Source: a virus
Lineage: Duplodnaviria > Caudoviricetes
IMG/VR virus record: IMGVR_UViG_3300027835_000237
Span: 1 to 59,864 of that record
DNA length: 59,864 nucleotides
Strand: one strand, 5' to 3'
Made by a program: the position numbers and the translations under genes. The notes under the pieces are model-generated. The model worked only from the letters and a program-made list of their open reading frames with translations, was not told where the DNA came from and did no database searches. Every line of letters starts with the position of its first letter. The stretch's first letter is position 1. Below, in pieces: positions 16,864-26,211 of this stretch.

Positions 16864-17973
16864 TTAACCAGCAATCGGCATCACAACATACTTGTAATCG
16901 TCATTCTTCAACAGCACCGGCTTTGAATCACCGGCATATTGAAGAGTCACATTTCCATTTTCCGCAGCCTGCTCCAGATAGTCACTGAGAAAGTTTGCGT
17001 TCAGCTTGAACACCGGGGTTGACGCGGCGCTCCCATTCAAACTAGTCCCCTTCGTCTTGATAACATCAGCCGTATCGCGCAGCGTTTCACCATTCTTGTA
17101 CGATACAAATAGATCATCGCCCCCACGATACTCAAACAGCACACCGGGGAGTTTTTCATCCAAAATAGCTTGGGCACGTTTGATAGCCGTTCGAAACGCT
17201 TGTACTGGGATCTCAAATGCGAGAACAAAGGTCTGCTCAAATGGTTTCTGATAGGCAGGAAAGACCGCTGTGCTTTTACGCACAAGAAGCAATGTATCGC
17301 TCGTGCCGAAAAACAGATTGTTCTCCGTTTCAGCAAAAGCAACTGCCTGATTTTCCTCACCGTTCTTCAACCCCTTCACCAAGCCGATAGCATCTCGCGG
17401 CAGCAGTATCCGACGCGCACCAGCCGTTGCGTCAGCCGTGGCTACTGCAATACGGTGCCCGTCAAGTGCAGCCGCGAGCAAGGTACTTGCGGTAGACTCA
17501 AGCAACACAACTGGAATAGAGAAGCGCCCATGTACTGCGGGTGCCGCAATCCCAGTGCGGTCAAGCAACGTACTGAGCGTCGCCAAAGCATAGTTGCCCT
17601 GCGTCGCCGGCGCTTGCTCAAGTTCCGGGAAATCCGAAAGTCCAGTCGTAGTAAACTTCAACTTGAACTCGCCGGCAATAAGCAGACCCTTCCCTTCAGT
17701 TTCCTGGATCGTGATAGTGCTGTCCTCGGGCACGTTCGGCAGCAATCTGTTCACGGCTTCGTAGGGCAGTAGCATAACACCATCTTCGCTACCGACGACT
17801 GGCAATTGCGTTTGAATACTCGAACTCAAACTGCTGCCAATCAAATGCGCCGTGTTCTTCGCGGCGGTTAGCTTCACATAGCCGTACACCGGAAGTGTAG
17901 ACTTTGCATCCACAACGCCCGCAAGCCGCCCGAAAGCAGCCTTCAGTTCCTTCAACGTCACAATCGTTTTCAT
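16864..17973 (-). CDS. dnaN: DNA polymerase III beta sliding clamp
   Basis: ~369 aa; STLPVY..V.L, DFPEL, ALDGHRIA, FPAY, C-terminal YVVMPI; ATG 17973 after GAGGAG. Confidence 0.82.
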   Translation of the reverse strand: MKTIVTLKELKAAFGRLAGVVDAKSTLPVYGYVKLTAAKNTAHLIGSSLSSSIQTQLPVVGSEDGVMLLPYEAVNRLLPNVPEDSTITIQETEGKGLLIAGEFKLKFTTTGLSDFPELEQAPATQGNYALATLSTLLDRTGIAAPAVHGRFSIPVVLLESTASTLLAAALDGHRIAVATADATAGARRILLPRDAIGLVKGLKNGEENQAVAFAETENNLFFGTSDTLLLVRKSTAVFPAYQKPFEQTFVLAFEIPVQAFRTAIKRAQAILDEKLPGVLFEYRGGDDLFVSYKNGETLRDTADVIKTKGTSLNGSAASTPVFKLNANFLSDYLEQAAENGNVTLQYAGDSKPVLLKNDDYKYVVMPIAG

Positions 17974-17999
17974 AGATGCTCCTCGATTTTGAAAGTAAA

Positions 18000-18090
18000 A
18001 CGGTGCCATCAAACCCGCCAACCGCGTCCGCTGGCTAGCCGCTTGGCTTCGGACTCTCGAATTGTAGCCCTCAAGGCTATCCGGCACCGC
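18000..18090 (-). ncRNA. Candidate structured RNA / 5' leader
   Basis: Starts ~7 nt after a -10 box; ends pair (GCGGUGCC/GGCACCGU), followed by UUUU; several internal hairpins. Confidence 0.45.
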
Positions 18091-18096
18091 AAACAC

Positions 18097-18125
18097 ATCC
18101 TACACTACAAAAAGCTACTTGTCAA
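18097..18125 (-). promoter_or_regulatory. Sigma70-type promoter
   Basis: TTGACA-17 bp-TAGGAT. Confidence 0.72.
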
Positions 18126-20086
18126 TAGCTAAATTCATCCTCTAAAACCGAGGCAGGTTCCATCTTTTGACGGGTACTTTCATAGGCCAAAGGCACAAAC
18201 TTGCTCCATTCTGGCTTGAGCAATAACTTTACTTGTGGCGCGCCGGTGCCTTTGTAGCGATCCTTACGCAGCAGCATCCAGGCATTCAGTTCGAGCAAAT
18301 CCTTCGGCTCTGAACCATCGCGCTGCGGCATCCGTTTCCTATGCAGCAAATAAATTGATGAAGGAATGTCCATCATTTCGCGCGAGCCACGCAAAATACC
18401 TAGTTCATCTTTGCGTGTTAGCTGCACGCCTTCGGCCTCTTTGTTCGATTGGCAAATCAAAAGGAAGATTACACCGTACTTGTTACCGAGTGCTTCGAGT
18501 TGCTTAATCATCACGCCTTCGGCTTCAACTTGTGATTGCCCACCCTCGGGAAAAACAATTCGATGAAATGTGTCAATAGCAAAGCGTGTGCACCCAGTAT
18601 TCTGAATCGTGCTTTCTAAAAAGGCCACAACTTCTTCGTTTGAAGAACACGGTAGAGTATGCCCAACATAGTAGCGAAATTCGGTTCCACGTTCTGTCGG
18701 TTTGTTGAGCTTTACTTTCGTGCGCACAAAATGCTCACGCGAAATCTTTCCACTTCGCGGAAGTCCACCCGGTATCTCCTCTCCAAGAACCTGACTGGCT
18801 ATTAAAGCTAAGTATTCATCGCCAGTAATTTCAGGCGAGTAATCAACAACTACTTCACCCCGCGTCGCCTCGTGCACAAGAACCTGCGACTTGTACATTG
18901 ATTTTCCGGTGCCCGAATACGAAGAATAAAAAATCACTACTGAGCCTGGCGGATTGTACGCCATGTGATCAATCGAAGCAATCGGATGGTGTAACCGACG
19001 CGGATCTTCCGACATATCCATTTCTTTCATCGCCCCGAGCCGTTCAAGCAAAGAACAAAACCCTTCAATCGGTGTGGCGCGCGCCTTCGCCATAAGACGC
19101 TGCACATTCGTATAGAATTCCTCCTTCGAGCGCCGACAAGTTTCGCGGAAGTAATCATTCGCATCCTTCACATCCGGCCATTTCAACCAGTAGGTATTTG
19201 CTCCTAGTTCGCGCGCTAGCTTACGCATCGAATCCGCGCCGGTTGAATCTGTATCCCCGGCAAGAAAAATCTCTGATGCAGTTTTAAGTACACGCTTTTG
19301 CTCCGGGGTTAACGTCGCGCCGGCGCTCGGCAAACTCACCGCACGATAACCGGCCTGCTCCATGATACAAGCATCCAACTCACCCTCAACAACAAACACC
19401 GGCTCTAGCGCATTCACAGTGTCAATGTTGAACAGGGCCCGCCCACTCATACCGGGCATTTGTGTGAAACATTTCTCTACGATTGACCGTAGCTTTACCG
19501 ATACAACTTTTTCTCCTTCGATGCGCGGAAATAAAATCCAACCCTTATCGCGCACAATTTCTTGCTCCTCTTTGTGGATAGAAAATTTATGCGCCTGTGC
19601 AAAACCAAGATGCATCATGTGTGCTGTTTCAACTGAAATGCCCCGGGTCTTTTCCAGCCACGCTAGAGCTATAGAATTTTTCGCTAATGCTTGCTCGGCT
19701 GCTTTCCAATCTGTAAGTGATATACTCTTCTTTTCGGTATCGCTACGGATTTCTTGAAAAGTTTTTTCTACTTTTTCCGCTTCCTTGTGCCACTTTTGAT
19801 TATCCCCAGCAAGCCTAGCTAGTTTGTTCACAGCCTCAAGAAAGGGTATGTGATCAAACTTCTCAAGGAAGTTGAGAATATCCCCACCAGACTTACAGCC
19901 CTGGCAGTGCCAAACAACTTCTCCGTCTTTCATTTTCACAGCAAAGCTCGCAGTTTTCTCAGCATGAAACGGACAGTTACCCCAGTGCTCACCACCGCGA
20001 GCCGTGAGTGGAACACGCTCCGCAATCAAACTAATTGCGCGCGTGCCGATAGCTTTTTTCAGTTCGTCAATCTTATACTTGTTCAC
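18122..20086 (-). CDS. Primase-helicase (CHC2 zinc finger + TOPRIM + DnaB-like SF4 helicase)
   Basis: CPFHAEKTASF..WHCQGC, VVEGELD, AGDTD, KDAND, YSGTGKS, IDTFH, CQSN. Confidence 0.9.
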   Translation of the reverse strand: MNKYKIDELKKAIGTRAISLIAERVPLTARGGEHWGNCPFHAEKTASFAVKMKDGEVVWHCQGCKSGGDILNFLEKFDHIPFLEAVNKLARLAGDNQKWHKEAEKVEKTFQEIRSDTEKKSISLTDWKAAEQALAKNSIALAWLEKTRGISVETAHMMHLGFAQAHKFSIHKEEQEIVRDKGWILFPRIEGEKVVSVKLRSIVEKCFTQMPGMSGRALFNIDTVNALEPVFVVEGELDACIMEQAGYRAVSLPSAGATLTPEQKRVLKTASEIFLAGDTDSTGADSMRKLARELGANTYWLKWPDVKDANDYFRETCRRSKEEFYTNVQRLMAKARATPIEGFCSLLERLGAMKEMDMSEDPRRLHHPIASIDHMAYNPPGSVVIFYSSYSGTGKSMYKSQVLVHEATRGEVVVDYSPEITGDEYLALIASQVLGEEIPGGLPRSGKISREHFVRTKVKLNKPTERGTEFRYYVGHTLPCSSNEEVVAFLESTIQNTGCTRFAIDTFHRIVFPEGGQSQVEAEGVMIKQLEALGNKYGVIFLLICQSNKEAEGVQLTRKDELGILRGSREMMDIPSSIYLLHRKRMPQRDGSEPKDLLELNAWMLLRKDRYKGTGAPQVKLLLKPEWSKFVPLAYESTRQKMEPASVLEDEFSY

Positions 20087-21065
20087 GTAGCATCCTCATA
20101 AAATCATCCGGTGCATCTGCATCTTTGTTCTGCTCCGCAAGCAATTCCTCAGTAGTTTTTAGCTCAATATGATCAAGCCGCCACGCCTCAATCGCGGCCG
20201 CTTCGGATTGCTTCTCAGCCTCCGTTTGCTCAGGTGTAACTTGACCTTTCTTTTCTTCAATAACCTTATCACGCCACAAATTTATTTCCTTCAAAAAAGT
20301 ATAAATCGGTACATCATTTTTACTATCACCATACTGTTGTGCCCAAAGTGTAAAAGCACGTATGAGTGTTTCTGGAGGTGTGGCAGCACATTCATCTGAC
20401 CACCAAGCCCATCCTCGTTTGTGTGGTTTTTTACAAACAGCACCAGGATAATTATTCGACCATATTTCTGCAATTATTGCATAGAGTTTTACAGGATCAC
20501 GACCTGCTTGTGTAACTTCTACATTGCTAACAATTCCTTTTTCTACGTCTGAATGAGCTTCAGTAAAGGCTTCCTCAACATCATTGGCCAGTAAATCGGA
20601 CGATATCAGACCTACCCTACCCTTACCTTCCCTAACCCCTTCAGACCGTAGTTGCTGCGTAGGCACTACGTAGGTACTACATAGTTGCTCCGTAGTTGAT
20701 AAGTCCTTTGTATTGAATAAATGTCCTTTTCCAATAGCTAGGTTCAAATGATCAATTCTTTCTCCTGTTGGTAGTTCTTTTTCACTTGCTGTCCATTTCC
20801 CCCAAATTTTACCATCAGGTGCAGTACGTCGTTCGAGCACACCTACTCGTTCAAAAGCAGTGAGAATTTCTGCAACATCCTCAATTTTCCATGTTTTGCG
20901 CCGGGCAAATGCACGCACAAATACTTCTTCAGGATCAGCTTCAAAAGTTCCATCAGCTAATGCTAAAGGGTATAAATAAGCATATGCTAAGGCGTAGTGG
21001 TCAGGAAGTTGTGCTAGTTTACTAGAATTCCAAACTTTTTCACCGTTAAGAATGCGTCGTGGCAT
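20073..21065 (-). CDS. Hypothetical protein, possible replication initiator
   Basis: Directly upstream of the primase-helicase; N-terminus MPRRIL...W.S.K resembles phage initiators; function inferred only. Confidence 0.45.
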   Translation of the reverse strand: MPRRILNGEKVWNSSKLAQLPDHYALAYAYLYPLALADGTFEADPEEVFVRAFARRKTWKIEDVAEILTAFERVGVLERRTAPDGKIWGKWTASEKELPTGERIDHLNLAIGKGHLFNTKDLSTTEQLCSTYVVPTQQLRSEGVREGKGRVGLISSDLLANDVEEAFTEAHSDVEKGIVSNVEVTQAGRDPVKLYAIIAEIWSNNYPGAVCKKPHKRGWAWWSDECAATPPETLIRAFTLWAQQYGDSKNDVPIYTFLKEINLWRDKVIEEKKGQVTPEQTEAEKQSEAAAIEAWRLDHIELKTTEELLAEQNKDADAPDDFMRMLREQV

Positions 21066-22222
21066 TATTCATCCTCACTTGTTATTTCTTCCATCCACTC
21101 ATCTCCTGCTTTTACAAGTGTAGTATCCCTTTGCTCTGCATTGTTTATACAAATTGGCTGCATTTCACAATGCACACACTTATCGTTCGGCCACCTTATC
21201 GAAGATTCTTTCGGGTAGAAATTCTGTTCGTGGGCACTTACCATCTCAACTGTAGTAAGCCCAATACCCCGTCCAGCGTCCTGAACATCCTCGGGGTCAA
21301 GGTGAACCGTAGCAAATTGCACTTTTTGCTTACTAAGATCAATAGTTTCAACAGTTTGAACACCTTCTGCTTTATCCGCAAATGCATACTTGGCTTCTAG
21401 GAGTGCTTTTCCGCGAAGCGTTTTTCCGTCCTGCCCCTGTATAGCGGTTTCATACGCCGCGTTCGCCTGGATAGCCCCGATTAGCGCAACGGGGGCATTG
21501 TCAGCACGTTCTAAGGTAGTTAGGAGCACATATTCTTCCCCTGCTTTCCATTCTCCGTAATCTTTGAGCAGGGTAACTGTATCCCCGGATTTCAGTTCAC
21601 GACCCTTCTTAACGAGCCACAAAAAACCAACGTGGTAAATGCCAGTTTGCCAGGCGTACTCGATAAGTTGGGCATCTAAACTAATCAGACTTGTGTGCAT
21701 GTTACCGCTCGCTGTTTTGATGTCAATGATCATCGGCTTGCCATCGGGGTAGGCCAGCAAGTCTAGGTAGGCTGTATTGCTGATGCCGGCGAGCCGAGAT
21801 CCGGGAAAAATCTCCTTTGTAAGTGGCACCTGGAAGCGAGTTGCCGGCTCAATCGGTATGGGCAAAGTAGGCAACCGCAACTGAAAAATATGGAGCATTT
21901 CACATCCGATATGAAACAAGTTCTCCCAACTCTGCTCTGTTTTCGCGTAATGCAAGTCTAGGAAGTTTGGTGTCGTTTGGACTTTCTTCCACAACATATC
22001 GAAGTGGTTTTCACCACCTGCTCCGCCGTTCTGAATATGAAACTGGATAGCTGCTTCAACAGCCTTGCCAAAAAGCAGCGAGGCATTCACTTTCTTTTCT
22101 CGCCAGCCATCTACACGCTTCAATTTGAAATATCGTTTGCACTTTGTAAAATCTAAACGCGCGCTGTAAGAAACATTCGATTTTGACATGCCTTGCGGAT
22201 TGATGTAAACGACTTGGCTCAT
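21065..22222 (-). CDS. PD-(D/E)XK nuclease (Cas4/AddB/RecB-like)
   Basis: SYS..DF.KC, G.AV, LDLL...IIDIKT, QLIEY, C-terminal CVHC.....C. Confidence 0.8.
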   Translation of the reverse strand: MSQVVYINPQGMSKSNVSYSARLDFTKCKRYFKLKRVDGWREKKVNASLLFGKAVEAAIQFHIQNGGAGGENHFDMLWKKVQTTPNFLDLHYAKTEQSWENLFHIGCEMLHIFQLRLPTLPIPIEPATRFQVPLTKEIFPGSRLAGISNTAYLDLLAYPDGKPMIIDIKTASGNMHTSLISLDAQLIEYAWQTGIYHVGFLWLVKKGRELKSGDTVTLLKDYGEWKAGEEYVLLTTLERADNAPVALIGAIQANAAYETAIQGQDGKTLRGKALLEAKYAFADKAEGVQTVETIDLSKQKVQFATVHLDPEDVQDAGRGIGLTTVEMVSAHEQNFYPKESSIRWPNDKCVHCEMQPICINNAEQRDTTLVKAGDEWMEEITSEDE

Positions 22223-24096
22223 GACAAATCCTCCATAAGTGTAAACAAACTTTTGGGTGGCTCTATTTGCTGTGCAGCCTCCACCTTGAAAAATATTGAA
22301 GGTGTGCCGTAAGCCGAGATAATGAGTTTCTTTTCTGGCCGACTACAAGCTACATAATATATCCGCGCTTCCTCATCCGGGTCGCCCATTTTGTGCGGCA
22401 ACACATCTTTCGTTACGCCGGCAACAACTACTGTCGGCCATTGAAGCCCTTTCGCTTTGTGGATAGTTGAGAGAGTGAGCGATTCTTTGCTCGCGCGCGG
22501 GGCACGCTTTACCTTCTCGGTGAAGAGAATAAAATCGTAAAGTGAACTCATTTTGTCAGCAACACGGATTAACTTTTGTAGATTTGCTTCCGGGTTATTA
22601 TCAGGATCGCGCTCTTCTTCGTCATCGCGTTGATAGTAGTCGAAAATACCAGCAGATGCAAGCAGCATTCGCAAACCCTCACCCGTAGAAGCCGCCTTTA
22701 GATAACGTATCGCAGCAAACCGACGTGGCAGATCCGATAAAACTTGATAACCCGGACCCTTATAATCTTGTAAAATTCCAAGTGGACGTTCTGCTTTTTT
22801 GATATACTCTATCGCTGCATCTTTCGCATCTTTAGTAACACGCGTCCACGCATACGGACTACGAATCACCTTTACAACTGCATTCTCTTGTTGCGTCAGC
22901 ATCGCGCGCACATAGGCGATAGCATTCTCGATCTCATAACGCCGCCAGAAACCGCTCTTACCGAGTAGCTGATATTTGATGCCGCGTGCCTGGCACGCAT
23001 CTTCGAACCACATAAGTTGCGCGTTAGTACGAGCAAGTATTGCAGTTGTAGCTGGATTTTCAAGCGATGCTACAATTGTGTTTGCCTCAACTTCATCATC
23101 AGGATGCAACCAGTAAATCGGTTCGATACCTTGCTCGTTGCTCGTTCGAAACTGCTCGACTGTAGCATTCTTAATGGGTGCAATAGCTTTACAATGTTCA
23201 ACAATCGCTTGGGTTGAACGATAGTTTTCAGGCAATATAAGCACAGCAGCCTCGGGCCAGCGTGCGTGAAAGTTTTTCTCAAGTTCACTTTCCGCACCAC
23301 GGAAAGAATACATGCCCTGGTTTTCATCTCCTACCGCGAAGAGATTCTGAAACCTTTTGCTCAATAGGGATACGATTGTCCACTGCAAGGGATCAGTATC
23401 TTGGGCTTCGTCAATCTGAAGATACCGCACTTGCCAACGCTTGCCGATATCCGTGCGAGTGCGCAGCAGATTCGCGGTAACTGTGAGCAACGAATCATAA
23501 TCCAAACATCCATTCTCGGTCATGTAGGCTTCATAGCGCGAGTAGGCTTGAGCGTAAGCGCGCGCGTATTCCCCATCTGCTTCAACCAGTGCTTGCGGCG
23601 CTGTGATTTCAGTACGCTTCATCCGACTGATGTAGGATTGCAAATCTTTGCGCCGCATCCCTGTTGTATGCGTCATGGCGATACGCAGGGCCCGTGAAAC
23701 ATCTGAAGAGGAAGCAATTGGCATATCACGCAAGCCCGGGATTTGATTCCGTTCGGCTTTGATTAAACGCAACGCAAAGCTATGGAAGGTTGCAAAAACG
23801 TGATGGCCACGCGGTGTAGCGAGTCTGTGATACTCACTCACAGCATCAAGTCGGGCCTGTGAAACACGCGCAGTTGAAGATAGATTTAACAACAAGCGTC
23901 CTACTCTATTTTTCATCTCCCGAGAGGCTTCTGCCGTAAAAGTTAAACTTAGTATATCGCGTGGGTCAACACCAGATCGTATGAGACTAAGCACGCGCTC
24001 AACAATCACAAGCGTCTTACCCGATCCTGGACAGGCCAGTGTTAACAAATAACCAGCGTGCGTATTAACTGCTAACTGCTGCTCGGAATTCAACAT
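22219..24096 (-). CDS. UvrD/PcrA-like SF1 helicase
   Basis: ACPGSGKT, TFH, IDEAQD, VGDENQ..Y.FRGA, NYRS, STIHKAKG, EEARIYYVACSR. Confidence 0.93.
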   Translation of the reverse strand: MLNSEQQLAVNTHAGYLLTLACPGSGKTLVIVERVLSLIRSGVDPRDILSLTFTAEASREMKNRVGRLLLNLSSTARVSQARLDAVSEYHRLATPRGHHVFATFHSFALRLIKAERNQIPGLRDMPIASSSDVSRALRIAMTHTTGMRRKDLQSYISRMKRTEITAPQALVEADGEYARAYAQAYSRYEAYMTENGCLDYDSLLTVTANLLRTRTDIGKRWQVRYLQIDEAQDTDPLQWTIVSLLSKRFQNLFAVGDENQGMYSFRGAESELEKNFHARWPEAAVLILPENYRSTQAIVEHCKAIAPIKNATVEQFRTSNEQGIEPIYWLHPDDEVEANTIVASLENPATTAILARTNAQLMWFEDACQARGIKYQLLGKSGFWRRYEIENAIAYVRAMLTQQENAVVKVIRSPYAWTRVTKDAKDAAIEYIKKAERPLGILQDYKGPGYQVLSDLPRRFAAIRYLKAASTGEGLRMLLASAGIFDYYQRDDEEERDPDNNPEANLQKLIRVADKMSSLYDFILFTEKVKRAPRASKESLTLSTIHKAKGLQWPTVVVAGVTKDVLPHKMGDPDEEARIYYVACSRPEKKLIISAYGTPSIFFKVEAAQQIEPPKSLFTLMEDLS

Positions 24097-24099
24097 GAA

Positions 24100-24303
24100 T
24101 TATCGGTAGTTTTCAAGATGCTTGAGCAGACGTTTTGTGGCCGGGCAAAATACAAGAGGTTCTATCGCGCGCACACTTTGCCCTAACTGACCTTCAATTC
24201 CATTTCGCGTAATACGTCTTTTGTACGCAAGCGAATCCCGAAGATCCGCAAGTTCAAACGGCAAAAGTTTTGGTGGAAAAATTAGTGACAGTAGTCGGCT
24301 CAT
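24100..24303 (-). CDS. Small hypothetical protein
   Basis: 67-aa ORF with AAGGA upstream. Confidence 0.45.
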   Translation of the reverse strand: MSRLLSLIFPPKLLPFELADLRDSLAYKRRITRNGIEGQLGQSVRAIEPLVFCPATKRLLKHLENYR

Positions 24304-24340
24304 ATTTTCCTTTGGGACTGCGCTGCGGGGACGCCCGCAT

Positions 24341-24511
24341 CTAGGGGAGGAGATTAAAAAGCTGTTGAAGTGCGTGAAAGATCACACGGCCAAAACCCCA
24401 ACCATTTCCTCGTCCACCGCCTCCGCCATGACGCGTAGCAGCAAAGACGTTAGCCGCACCGATGCTCAGTAGCAGTGCTGTGAACATTACATTTCGAATG
24501 ATCGTTTTCAT
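24341..24511 (-). CDS. Small secreted Gly-rich peptide (56 aa)
   Basis: GGAGG SD; MKTIIRNVMFTALLLSIGAANVFA-ATRHGGGGGRGNGWGFGRVIFHALQQLFNLLP; first ORF after a promoter. Confidence 0.65.
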   Translation of the reverse strand: MKTIIRNVMFTALLLSIGAANVFAATRHGGGGGRGNGWGFGRVIFHALQQLFNLLP

Positions 24512-24549
24512 AGTGCCTCCAAGTGAGATTTAGTTACGCGGGGAGTTAC

Positions 24550-24578
24550 AGCATACTGCTTTCCGAAATCATTGTCAA
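24550..24578 (-). promoter_or_regulatory. Sigma70-type promoter
   Basis: TTGACA-17 bp-TATGCT. Confidence 0.78.
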
Positions 24579-24609
24579 GCAAAAAACGCGTACTATTACT
24601 ACCGTTCTT

Positions 24610-24987
24610 TTAGAATACATCTTCCTCACTAATTTCCGGCACACTAGCCGGCTTCTCGCCCTCTTGTCTGCCGCCAAGAAGCGTCACTTGCCGTGCGTTG
24701 ATCTCAACACGGATGCCCTTGCCGCTGCCATCCTTCTTGTCATACTCGCGGATATCAAGTTCACCTTGAATAGCAACCTGCTTGCCCTTCTTAAGGTATG
24801 GAAGCAAGGTTTCACCGAGTTTAGCCCACAGCGAAACAGGGAACCAAAGTGGTTCTTTCTTTTCCCCTTCCTTATCTTTTCCACGCCGATCAACCGCCAT
24901 AGTGAAACTGACAATTGATGTACCAGATTGTGTATATTTTTGTTCCGCATCTCTGCCTAACCTTCCAGTCACGACAATGCTATTCAT
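24610..24987 (-). CDS. ssb: Single-stranded DNA-binding protein
   Basis: MNSIVVTGRLGRD, W..V.LW, LKKG.QV.I.G.L, acidic tail EEDVF. Confidence 0.93.
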   Translation of the reverse strand: MNSIVVTGRLGRDAEQKYTQSGTSIVSFTMAVDRRGKDKEGEKKEPLWFPVSLWAKLGETLLPYLKKGKQVAIQGELDIREYDKKDGSGKGIRVEINARQVTLLGGRQEGEKPASVPEISEEDVF

Positions 24988-24990
24988 ATT

Positions 24991-26151
24991 TTATCCTTTA
25001 AGAAGATTCAAAATAGAAGCCGGTTCAGGCCCTACTGCTGTAATCGCTGCTAGACCGCTCTGCCATTGTCCTACAGTCAATTCTTTAATAACATGCTTTC
25101 CGCTTCGCCGCAAAAGCCAGGCACGCAGTATATCACCGCCGTTTGTGGCGCCTGTCTTGGGTAAAATATCGTGGCTGATGTGCTTACACTGTGCGTAGAA
25201 ATCTTTCATTTGTGCTGGCGTTGGTATAGTATCTACAGGAGAAAGTGTCACCGTTCGCTGACTTTCTTGAATGTCAGCGTTCGTAGACTTCTTTATGCCC
25301 GGCTTCTCAACTACAACCGCCGCTTGAAGAGCAGCCGTTGCTGCGGCTTCCGCGTCGTTAGGCATTGCTGATTCAATGAAATCAAGCATAGATGGTTGTG
25401 TAGAGATTACATTTGCTCCAGATGAAGATGAAATTGTCTGGGGCATAGCTTCAGTCAGTACCGGAGATAACTCGGTTGCTGGATCAAAATTTACTTGTGG
25501 AATTATCACTACATGTGGCACTATCGCCGGTGAAGTCACCGAGAGTAAATCAGTTTCCATTTTCCGTTCATCCTCGGGCATTTCCTCACTGAGATACAAC
25601 CCACCTGTATCCTCGGGGGCTAATGTGCGAAGCATAGAAGCTTCAGCACACTTAGCACACTGTTCTTCTGCGCGCTTCACCCACATCTTTGTCGGCACAT
25701 CTTTGCCGCCAGTTTTCTTCGTTTGAACATAGGCTTCATATCGCGCCACAGCAAATACAGGATCAAGCCAATCACGACGACGACCAGTAACGCTCACGGC
25801 ATGGGGCACCAAACCAAGCGGAATCTCCGATTGGATAGACGGCAGTTCATCCTTGTCAAGATAATAGAACTTGAACGGGCCCCGCCCCTGATATTTTCCC
25901 CCACGTTCCGCGAGTAAGCGCAGAGCTTCAATTGTTGTGATGAAAGCGACTTTTGTTTCATTCACCGATTGACCCAGAGTTACATCCCATACTTGAGACG
26001 AACGCGTACTAAACACAACATGCTTTCCGGGGGTCAAATTTCGCCTTTCGCATTCTAAGCGAAATAGCTGCCATTGACTGTCGGTTGCTTTTGGAGCAAA
26101 TTCAGTACGAAAAGTTTTGCTTTCTTCTTCACTAAATTTCAAAGGTTCCAC
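24991..26151 (-). CDS. Bet/RecT-like single-strand annealing recombinase
   Basis: F...C....L.P, TIEALRLLAER.G.Y.G, MW.KR..EQ.AKCAE...LR...PE..GGLY.SEEM. Confidence 0.78.
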   Translation of the reverse strand: MEPLKFSEEESKTFRTEFAPKATDSQWQLFRLECERRNLTPGKHVVFSTRSSQVWDVTLGQSVNETKVAFITTIEALRLLAERGGKYQGRGPFKFYYLDKDELPSIQSEIPLGLVPHAVSVTGRRRDWLDPVFAVARYEAYVQTKKTGGKDVPTKMWVKRAEEQCAKCAEASMLRTLAPEDTGGLYLSEEMPEDERKMETDLLSVTSPAIVPHVVIIPQVNFDPATELSPVLTEAMPQTISSSSGANVISTQPSMLDFIESAMPNDAEAAATAALQAAVVVEKPGIKKSTNADIQESQRTVTLSPVDTIPTPAQMKDFYAQCKHISHDILPKTGATNGGDILRAWLLRRSGKHVIKELTVGQWQSGLAAITAVGPEPASILNLLKG

Positions 26152-26179
26152 ACGTTCCTCCCTTTTCCATTAAACGTAA

Positions 26180-26208
26180 AGCATACCACACAAAATCCTA
26201 CTTGTCAA
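26180..26208 (-). promoter_or_regulatory. Sigma70-type promoter
   Basis: TTGACA-17 bp-TATGCT with TG extension. Confidence 0.78.
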
Positions 26209-26211
26209 GTC

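Noticed and set aside
18000-18090. tRNA gene
   Set aside because: Has a closing stem and UUCGA, but no canonical D-arm/anticodon/T-arm spacing or CCA; kept only as an unassigned structured RNA.
21065-22222. Cas4 as evidence of a CRISPR-Cas system
   Set aside because: No array or other cas genes; solo Cas4-like nucleases are common in phage replication modules.
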